Shown: piece after piece, positions 34,832 to 44,835 of the stretch | Layout of the letters: each line of letters starts with the position of its first letter | Position numbering within the stretch: position 1 is the stretch's first letter | NCBI RefSeq assembly: GCF_001194135.2 | Contig: NC_068982.1 | Span: 157,030,424-157,075,258 of the forward strand | DNA length: 44,835 bases | Direction of reading: 5' to 3' | Source: Octopus bimaculoides | Taxonomy: Eukaryota | Made by a program: the position numbers and the translations under genes | The notes under the pieces: generated by a model | Databases searched by the model: none | What the model saw: the letters and a program-made list of their open reading frames with translations, nothing else | What the model was told of the DNA's origin: nothing

Positions 34832-36379
34832 ATATAATGTCTAACGTCTCGAGTTTGATCTGATCATTTCCATCGAATCATGTAAAAAAAAAAAAAAAAA
34901 TTTCCGAAAGATATATATATATATACCTACATACATAAACATACCTACATACATAAACAAGTATATACATTGAGCAACGGATTGGCTTCTAGTTGAAAAT
35001 TTCAAAACAGATCGCTTTTTGATGCCTAGTGAATAAATTTTTAACATGAAACCCTGAGTACTGTCACAGAAACCATAATCTGTTTACACTATAAGTATCT
35101 ATATCGATACCTACCTACCTATCTACTTACATATATAAATACACACACACGCATATATATATGTATGTATCTGTGTGTATTATGAGTGTATGAGTGTATG
35201 AGGGTGTTTCATGGATGAATGCAAAAGGATAAAAAAAGGATAAATACTGGATTATTACAAGAAGAAACGATTCACTCTGGAGTAAAGTCGCGCTCAGAAA
35301 ATGCAGTGGGTTGAAATATATTGATCATGAAAAATTATCCTAGCAGTTTAATAAACAAAATCTTCCTGTAGAGGTGGTAAAATTAAAAACGTATCACCAT
35401 TAAGATCTGGTAATCAAAATTTTCGGACCATAAAGACAGTACAGACTGAAAGGAACTTGGTCTTTTAAGTGAAATAGTGAAAGAAGCTGACGTGATTCGG
35501 TTTTATTACTTCTCATCAGTGAAGCATAGTTATTGCGAATTAGTTGTAAAATAATAACCTTGAGGCATTAATGATGAATAACATATATACAAGTCAACAT
35601 TATAAGACAAGGGTTACAGGTGATTATTTCGGTATTAAGTAAGAAAAGGAGTAAAGCCGGTGGTATCAAATAAAGAATATAAACAATACAAAATGTAACA
35701 AAGTGGTTTGCAGCGAAAGCGGGAAAAAGTCATGGTTAAATTGTCGTGAAGTAACTTTCATTACTGATTTTTGAAGGTATGAAAATACTGATTGCAAATA
35801 TATGAGATAGAAAAACATGGAGCAGAAATTATTTGAGAGGGGGTATAATAGTGAAGATAAATGTAGGAGGAAAGAATAACGCTTTAGATGTCGGATGGTC
35901 GTCAAAATATGGTGATATTCGAAGGAAACTGGAAAAAAATTGAGTGATGAAAAACACAATAGAAATAGTTTTGGTAAAATTCAGGAGGAGGAAATACTTC
36001 TAGATGATTATTTAGTGTTCTGGCGAATGGAACCAAGGAATGAATATCTACGTGGTCGGTTGACTGGCTAGAAATAGCAAGAGCATCTTCCTTAAATCAT
36101 ATCATTACGTATTTAAAAAGGAAGGCCATACTGGTAAGTTATTCATAAATATATAATCAAACGGAGATGTCGGTCGTGAAACTTTTGATATTAGACCTGT
36201 TTGAATAATTCTAACTACAGAAATACTAAGAATGAATGACAGTAGAGAGATGAGACAGGTTTAAATGTATGTTTTTGCTATGTTGTTGGTTACTTTACCA
36301 ATTCTGCCCGCCTACCACATTCTAAAACAATATCGACTGTAATGTAGGCACAATGCACGAAATTTAGAGAAACGTTATT

Positions 36380-36535
36380 TAGTTGATGACATCGACACCA
36401 GTAAGTGAATGATAGTGTTTTGTTGATCGTGAAAGAGCGAAAGGCATAGCTGACTTCGGCAAAATTCTGAAATCATATCATAAACGGCCGGAGAAAATCT
36501 GCCCTACCGATTCTGCTAACACACCGTCCTTAAAT
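36380..36535 (-). mobile_element. SINE family B, old copy
   Basis: CATCGACACCAGT...GAAAGGCATAGCTGACTTCGGCAAAATT...CGATTCTGCTAAC...CCGTCCTTAA resembles reverse-complemented family B. Confidence 0.55.
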
Positions 36536-37009
36536 CTGCTATAATACTGATTGCATACACAAGAACAATATCACATAATATTTATATAATTCGTCTGCAA
36601 CTATATTGGAGTATATTAATGTAATACTTATGCAATTAGAAAGGCTTGTACTACTGAGCAACAGGTAAACTTCCAAAACTTCTCCATAGAATCCCAGAAC
36701 AGAAACAACGGAACGATTTATCAATGGCTTTTCTCTATCCAAAAGAACATTGGGTTTCAAAAACGAAGTATTACACCACTTGTCAATATTTTAGAAATAT
36801 CGCTGACACAGTTGCTTTCTTTTACTTCATAAAGGTTACATGTTCACAACTCGAGAGTCTTGGACGTTCAGGGTTGCTGAATGACAGATTTTGGATCATT
36901 GAACCAAATGATTTGTGGTTTCTGTTCCGCGTCCTTGCATTCTGAGTTCGAATTCTGTGCAGGCTCAGCCAAGTACGCACACCGTTCAAATCGATATTGG
37001 AAAGCATTA

Positions 37010-37043
<34 letters not shown>

Positions 37044-38619
37044 TGTGTGTGTGTGTGTGTGTCGTTGTTTCTCTGTTTGAGAGAGTGAGTCCAAAAGTGA
37101 GGCTTAGTGGGATTATTAGAGAGGTTGTCAAGATCCCTTTGGTATGTACTCCGGCTCCGTGCATTTTATGTTGAAATTCCACTTCAGAAAGCCCATCCAT
37201 CAAATAATCAACTCGCCCGAAATGTAGGTCTACAACAGCATACATAAATTAGCAATGTGCTGAAGCTTCAGTCTGCAGTTGATCGAAAATTCCTCAACAG
37301 AAATATGTATTGTGGCTTTAGAGGGTTAAGTTTCTAGTTGCAGACACAAGCCAGTACCGCTGTCGGGATACGAAACAATGAACTGTACACAGGTTGTCCG
37401 CTACCGTCTGTTGTGTTGCAGCCCACCCATTGCTGTAAAAATATCAATGCAATATTTACGCAAAACTGATGCAGCATATAAGGAACTGTCTGCTTATATG
37501 ATATATAGTGTCTTTGTTATGTGACCCATGACATAAAGTTTATACAAACTGAAATATTTTAAATTCGTGTTAGATCAGAGTTATACAACAAGAGTAAACA
37601 AGACAAAAACAAAGTTGGTTAAAGAAATTCGATTATCTTTTAGGTCATGACATGACATTTATAGAGCAATTTTTGTTGCTGACATTAACCTGCTGGGCTA
37701 AATGCAAGCAAATCATGTTCCGAATTACATGTCGTTGGTGTTATAATTTTCATCACAGAAAAAAACATAAAACCGAAAACAAGGTAATGCAGTGGTGATT
37801 TAGCAGAAATGATATTTTGCCGGAATGTCTTGCAGTAATTTAGTTTTGTCCGACTATATTCTCATTTCAGATATTGACATGCTTCTGGTATTTAGTTAAA
37901 CCTCTTTGTTCTGAGTTCGAACCCTACCAAGATTTATTTAGCCATCCATTATTCCGGGATTTTTTCTCCCTAATCAGTTTTTTAACGGTTACCCAATGAC
38001 CTTTTTGCAACGCTTACGAGATTTGAAGTATCAAAAAAAAAACAAAAAAATAAATAAAAATAAAACTATTTTTGAAACAGAAAACTCATCTGAATTTTTG
38101 CAACAGATGAAACTCGACTGAAATCACCGATAGAAAATCTGAAGATTTAAATCAGGCGTCCGCGGCGTGGGATCGAATTTGGATTTATAAATACAGCTGT
38201 TGATAAACTTGATTATATACTTAACTTTGTTGTTAATATAAGAAATGTCATTAACAATTACCTATTATACCTTACGTGTATATCAACACTAAAAATGCTC
38301 TCACGTGTACCAAAGTATTGTTCTTTTCGTGTACGATATACACATTGTAATAGGGTCTCTTTTCCGAAAGGAGAAAAAGTACACTTGTGAATGATTCTTC
38401 GAATATATGTGTATGTGTTATATTGGTGATAATATGCAGTACGGATATATTATTGTTGCACTAGCAGTGTATTGCAATGAATATGTCACCTTACCTTTCA
38501 TCGCAATCTTCACGGCTGGTCGGTATTTGGGATGTGTTGTATTGGGCCATTGCGTTTAGGTGCAGATTGTAAGACCATTAATTCGATTCCAAAATTTGAC
38601 TGGTGCTTCATTTTATGGA

Positions 38620-38760
38620 GCCGACGGAAAATATGCAAATTGATTTCTGCAGTATTTGAACTCAGAACATAAACTCCCGTAATAAAATACTGCAAAGCAT
38701 TTTGTCCAACATTACAACAGTTTTCATAACACATACTGGGTAGCGATGTGGCAGAAACGA
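38620..38760 (-). mobile_element. SINE family B head fragment
   Basis: GTATTTGAACTCAGAACATAAA...AAATACTGCAAAGCATTTTG matches 16630-16680. Confidence 0.6.
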
Positions 38761-41001
38761 AAAAAAGTACCTTGCAGAATAACTTCCAATTATTTAAATA
38801 TAGGTTGTTGTTTGATAGAATCATTAAGCACCGAACAAAAACGTTTTACAATATTTAGTTCCTGTCTTTAAGCTTCGAAGATCAATATAATCAAATATAC
38901 ATTATCTAAATTCAAATTTTTGTGCTTGTGATAAACACACAAAAGTAAACAAAAAATATATTTAATTGCATTGTAGGGCATTCAACAAACTGTTTAGCAG
39001 TATTTACTTTCGTCTCATTACTTAGTTTAAATCCCGCATAATATAATACAAGAAATCTATAAAAAAATAGCATGCAAACATAGAGTCAACTAATACATCA
39101 AAATTAACAAAATGACAAAGTGTATTATTAATCAACAGGAAATAACATTACTGCTGTGAAAATGAGATATGGAAAAACAGGTAAAGATTTAAATTAACAT
39201 AGCGTTTGAATTGTAGATCTTATGGTAATTGGGTATTGCCTCAAGGATTTTATCGATATTTAGAAAATGTTCACCCATAGTGACTTATTACTTATAAGGT
39301 TAGATAGAAGCACGTTCTAGAAAATAACGACTTTCGTATCCATTTATAGTGTTAGCTCATCGCTACACACCATTTGCTAGACTTGAAAAATTTTAAGGTT
39401 ATTTTCAAAACTAGTTAATCCTCAGAAAAAAAAACAAAAAAAAACGAAACTTTTGGTGCATTTCGCAAATTACAAAGGCCAATATATGAAATACAAAACG
39501 TGTCATACGTCCATAAAAATAGATATAATAAAATATATCTAGGAGTGTACACATACACACATACGTATATATATATATAATAAAACTGGAGAAGATGAAA
39601 ATGTGCTCAATATATTAACAATTGTGTTTAGAAAACAAATGCGATTCTCAGCCATAAACTGTAAATCAGTTATCTATTTATGATTCAGCATACCTCACTG
39701 GCGATGAAGTTCTTCTCTAGGTCCTGCAATCTAGTTCCTCAAAACATGCCGACGAATAGCTTCGTTGTTGGCCAAAGCAAAAACTCCCACTGAATGTTTG
39801 ATGCTGAACATAATGGATTGATGTTATTTTTAACAATAGACTATCCTTATTCTATAAATTGAAAGCGCATCTTCTCAATCAGCCTGAGATTCCTTTTCTT
39901 TTCTAATAGGTTGTTTCGCAGATCCACAAGACTATCTTTGACAATTGCGTTAAATGTAAATATTAACCACACAATGAAAAACGATACTTTTTCCAGTCTC
40001 TAACTGCTTTTAGTTTGGCCGCAATCGCATTTGTTTCCTCTTTCTTTTCCTGGTTCATTGTCACCCTTCTTCAGTCATCATCTCCTTTTCTTTTCCGGGA
40101 TGCAATAGGGTGGAATTATCATTCGTGTCCCCTGGCCTCTGCAGTGTTAAAGGAAGTTTCTGGTGATGGCTTCATTTGCTTCACTTTTAGCTAGCCTCGC
40201 AGCTGCGACTGAAAACAGAGCTAGCGTCTGCCTTGTTTTTCATCCCAATGCTCTGCTATTATGACTACTCGCGTCTGCTGCCCTCTTTTCCTGTTAATTT
40301 TTTCTTAGCAAATGCCGTCTTGTGGATTTTACGGCCTGTTGAGCATTATTACCGACCTCGGTAATTTTTTTTACCTCCACCCCACTCCCACGATGTAAAC
40401 GCTTGATATGACCGAGTGTTCACCGAATGACTGACCTTACCTGATCAGATTGGTCTAGAGTGACCATACCTGATCCGATTTTTAATATTTTCCAACTTAC
40501 GAAGAACAATCTTGGCCAAGCTATATATTGGAAGTAATCTTAACTTTCAGTTCAAAGTCAGAAGATAATTTAACCTGTAACTCAACTCCTAAGATTTATA
40601 AAAAAAGACTGGGTGAGACCTATAAAAGAGTAATTCTTCACGTGGCACAGTGCTATTGCTTTGAGCATAAAATCACTCATAGAAGCACTTCTGAGTTGAA
40701 TAGCAAGAAATATTCATTTCCACAGTTCAAAACATTGTCACATGTCCGCTGCTTTTTTTTTACCGACACTAATATGGTCACTGCTCCTTCGAGCTGACTG
40801 TCTTAATGACACTTCTTCACTGGCTCACACGTTTGAATTCTACGCAACCAATATTAAGAGTTTGTTGGTAAGATAATCACTACAGTCATTTCTTCCTTCT
40901 GATAACGTCCGTTCATCAGGGAATGCTTTCTTACAAAACTTGTTTTCACTCAGTTTGCTTGAAATGACTGTCAGATGAAATTTAGACACAGTCAATATGT
41001 T

Positions 41002-41033
<32 letters not shown>

Positions 41034-42550
41034 TCACTACCCCTCTCTCTCTCTTCCCCCTACTTCACTCACTCTCTCTCACACATACACGTTAATAGAT
41101 TTCAGAATACTGAGACATTTACCGAGACTCGGATAGAGAAAAAGAGAAAGAGTGGGAGACACACGGATAGAGATTGTCACAATCAAATGCATTGATTTAA
41201 GACTTGTGGTTTCTTCAAATAGACTGAAAATCTCCCCTTAAACTTTCACATGTGTGTGTGTGTGTGTGTGTAGGTGTGCATGTGTGTGCGTGCGTGCGTT
41301 TGTGTGTGTGTGTGTTTGTACGTATGTATGCTTATATGAATATATATTTACTTATATGAATGTATGTATAAATTTATAATTTATTTAGTTCTTTGTTTCT
41401 CTTTTTTAGTTTCGGTTCCATAGTTTATTTTTTTGGAAACCATACAAAGAAGCACGATCCATCTTCATTCGCTTTTTTGATCTTTACAGTTGGAATGTAT
41501 AACAAACATTATTTTCATATCTTCTCTCTATAAATGCCAAGTTAAAATACCCCCACTGGTCTACAATGGAGATCACGACATTTTATTCGCTGGATTTATA
41601 ATTACATTCTCAGGTAAGATTATTTGGTATTGCTTTGATTTTTTTAATGTTTTATTGTACTTTCACTTTCACTTTCTTGCATTATGTTATAGTAGCAGTT
41701 TTTTTATTTGTTATTATTTAAATTTCATTATTTTTCTTTCTGATTTTCTTAGACGCTATTTTCTATTTTATGGTATGTCGTTCGTATTTTCTTTCTTTTT
41801 TTTTTTTTTTTTTTGCTTTATATAAATTCGATTTTTTTTTTGACGTGGGTGAATTTGGATTGATAGGAAAACGTGGTGGAAGTTATTGGGTTCTTTCGAT
41901 GTTATGGACGCAACTACTTTCCATACCTGACTAAACCCTAAAAATGGATTAATGGTGGGTGGGATTTGTGCTAGGAGACATGTTGAGAAAAAAAAATACA
42001 TCAACGCGAAGGTAACAGCATATGTTTGAATTTAGACATTTATGCCTGAATGCAGAGATATGTGATGATGGCTGTGATGCTGCTACTGCTGATGGTGGTG
42101 GTGTTGGTGCCGATGATGATGATGATAACGACGACGACGACGATGATGATGATCATGATGATGATGATGATGAGGAGGAGGAGGAGGAGGAGAAGGAGAA
42201 GGAGAAGGAGGAGAAGGTCAGTAAGCGTGATTATCAACATTATGAGGAAGGCGAAAATGAATAGAAAGAAGTATATATTTACATGGACAGAGTTACTAAA
42301 ACTGCATTTATTTCACTTTCTCACTCACATATACGTATATACATACACAATACAGGCATGTATATGCATACATGTATACGTATACATATATATATGCACA
42401 TTTGTGAATACATAGCTAACACATATATAAATAAATATATATAAACCCATACAATGTGTGTGTGTGTAAATATGTATATATGTGAGATTATCAATAAAGC
42501 GACTTATTAGCAGAAAATATAGCGCCAAAGAAGTAAACTGACCCCAATTA

Positions 42551-42599
<49 letters not shown>

Positions 42600-42601
42600 A
42601 T

Positions 42602-42918
42602 AAAGATCCCTTTCGGTCATGAATGACCATGAGATTGCACCTAGAATGTTACCCTCTGAAGCACAAGTCCAGGCAAGTTTGTTTATGGAAGGCAAGTAAT
42701 CGCCTCCCTCTCTACGCGTCCGATGTTATCCAAGAGAATGACAAAGGCCAATGCAATTTGGCACCAGTGACGTCGCACCTTCTTTGTCCAGCGTCACTAA
42801 ATTGGAGCTCGGTGAAATAAAGTGTCTTGCTCAAGAACACATCACACAGCTCTGTCTGTGAATCGAACTCACTACCTCATATTTGTGAGCCCAACGCACT
42901 TACCACTGAGCAATGTAC
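42602..42918 (-). mobile_element. SINE family V, second copy
   Basis: Colinear with 9679-10013 (CGGTCATGAATGACCATG...GTGAAATAAAGTGTCTTGCTC...CCACTGAGCAATG). Confidence 0.88.
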
Positions 42919-44339
42919 GAATAGCGGTATTTAAAATGACTTTTCTTAATATATTGAAATCATCTCCGCCTCTAGAGGATGTATCACAATTACCAGATGT
43001 TAATCATGACCCTCTCCACTGGATGGGATAATCACAATATTCATGTTTCCTCCAAAACTGACATGCCATTACAGAAATGAACAAGCTTATTACCTAGAGT
43101 CTAATGGACAGTCATGGACACGCATTTCTGGGTCAATGGCTTCTTTATTGTCCTCCTTTGTCTCCGGGAGCCAAAAGATTTTACATTTATACAAAACAGA
43201 GAAGAAAGCAGTTATGGCCCGGTTAATTGTAATTTAAACAAAATAGAATTAAGAGAAATAGCCCGAAATGATCAGAAACATGCACTTGAATAAAGTAGAT
43301 AAATAGCAGTAAGTCAAATACCATACAACAAGAACATGTGATTTATTAAAATGATCTCCGCCTCTACAAGATATATCGTTATTACAAAATGGGAATCTGA
43401 CGAATTCCATTTGAGAAGGTGAGCTAATCTCATTGTTGCATGTGCATTTATGTATGTATGTATGTATGTCTGTATGTATGTATGCATGTATGCATGTATG
43501 TATGTATGTATGTATGTATGTATGTGTCAATGTATGTATCGAATAAAAAATGAAAATAAAACGCTTTGAGAATTTTATCATAAGAGAGATGTAGTATTTA
43601 TGCTTTCAAAATTGACAATCAAGTCACTCTGAAATAAAACGGAAAAGAAATTCAAATAAACTGAATTAATTTTTCATATTATTTCTGGTCGTTCGCATAC
43701 TTTTCAGATAATGATTGCATTTCCTTTCCTTCTTATTGTTGCTGGGTAACAGTTAACAGTTGTAGTGACTGGCTAGTTAGGGAGGGGTTTGAGAAGTAAT
43801 GGTACCAACAGAGGAGAATCAATCTAACTATACCATTTTCCTTATATATACGCTCATCAACAGAAAAATATCCTTCATAACCAAGTTACAACCACGTTTA
43901 AATTCCTGTAGCAAAGGAAGGGAGACAACCACCACCCATACTACAGCAACCCTTGCTAAACTTACCACCACAAATGCTGGTAGTTAGATGGACAAGTGCT
44001 ATATCCACTGAGAATCCTAGCAGATGCTTTTTCTGCTACCACTCAGCTCTACCTGCTTTTATTTTCTCTAACAGCGACCACTGTTACTGTTAACTGCTAT
44101 CCAATAATCATTAGAAGGAAACAAAATACAGCATCATGTGACTTTGATCATAAATGCGTTTGATCTTAGTTAATTTGTCACTAAACAAAATTCAATTTCA
44201 TTCCGCACCTCCTGCTTTATGTCACGTCTACTTATGTTTCATTGGAAAGACAATTACCTGAATTATATTTCTTTACCGTTTTTCTAAGAAAAACTGAATG
44301 TATACAACCGTTGAAGTGTACTGAATTCGTTTATTCTTT

Positions 44340-44520
44340 TATGTGTTTCAGTCTTTGGATTGCAGCATGCAGTGGCGTTACATTGAAAGATTTAGTCGTT
44401 CAAACTGAGGCTAGTACTTATATTTTTAAAAGTCTAATAAGTCTTCTATCAAATCGCTAAGTTATGGGGACGTAAACAAACCAGTACCGGATGACAAGCG
44501 GTGTAAAGACAAACATGAAT
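44340..44520 (-). mobile_element. SINE family A, 3' half
   Basis: GCTAAGTTATGGGGACGTAAACAAACCAG...GACAAGCG and CTAGTACTTAT align with 10200-10330. The minus-strand end is GCATGCTGCAATCCAAAGACTGAAAC. Confidence 0.68.
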
Positions 44521-44567
44521 ACACGCACGTGCGCACACACACACGCACTTGTACACAACGCTATCTT

Positions 44568-44615
<48 letters not shown>

Positions 44616-44632
44616 CATATCTATCTATCTAT

Positions 44633-44835
44633 CTCGTCCGCATATGCGGACGAGCGTGTCTGCATATGCGGACGATGTCACCGTCATAGTGTCGAGCGAA
44701 AAGCACGTCGAGATGCTAGGCGAGACACTTAAAGAATACGAAACGGTGACAGGAGCAAAAATTAACCCGGAAAAGTCAGTGGGTTTGTTACTCGGCACCT
44801 GGAGAAGCAAGCCCATACCGTCCAACAGTGACTCC
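44633..44835 (+). mobile_element. L1/Tx1-like LINE reverse transcriptase fragment, 5'-truncated, running off the window end
   Basis: VSAYADDVTVIVSSEKHVEMLGETLKEYETVTGAKINPEKSVGLLLGTW: YADD catalytic motif plus GAKINxxKS, open frame to the window end. It begins at the edge of a (TATC)n array. Confidence 0.9.

Noticed and set aside
40880-40925. Minus-strand CTGATGA...GAAA motif
   Set aside because: CTGAT is sequestered by ATCAG and the stems do not match hammerhead geometry.
124-44835. Most long ORFs in the six-frame track (poly-YI, HT, CV, YLSI, I, M, E, X-filled)
   Set aside because: They are translations of microsatellites or N-gaps. There is no domain content and no splice-supported gene model.

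Overview
AT-rich, gene-poor eukaryotic DNA from a draft scaffold, with 8 N-gaps totalling about 2.8 kb, most of them next to microsatellites. The repeat repertoire resembles what I recall of octopus (coleoid cephalopod) genomes; this species call is inference, not a database result. No host protein-coding gene can be supported. Almost all long ORFs in the track come from microsatellites or N-runs. The window contains at least four tRNA-derived SINE families, two decayed mariner (DD34D) elements and one maT/DD37D-like Tc1/mariner relic. It also has LINE fragments of RTE, CR1/L2-like, R4/Dong-like and L1/Tx1-like type, a Helentron-like element, MITE/foldback elements and an interstitial (TTAGGG)10 array. 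The most interesting signals are: (1) a tRNA-headed SINE whose tail folds as a minimal type-I hammerhead ribozyme of the Penelope-associated kind; (2) a ~1 kb foldback with ~340 bp inverted arms around a second hammerhead-like core; (3) a MITE carrying the 3' half and terminator of an adjacent tRNA-like cloverleaf; (4) a ~550 bp non-coding element inserted in a (TAA)n microsatellite; (5) the interstitial telomeric array next to a duplicated block.
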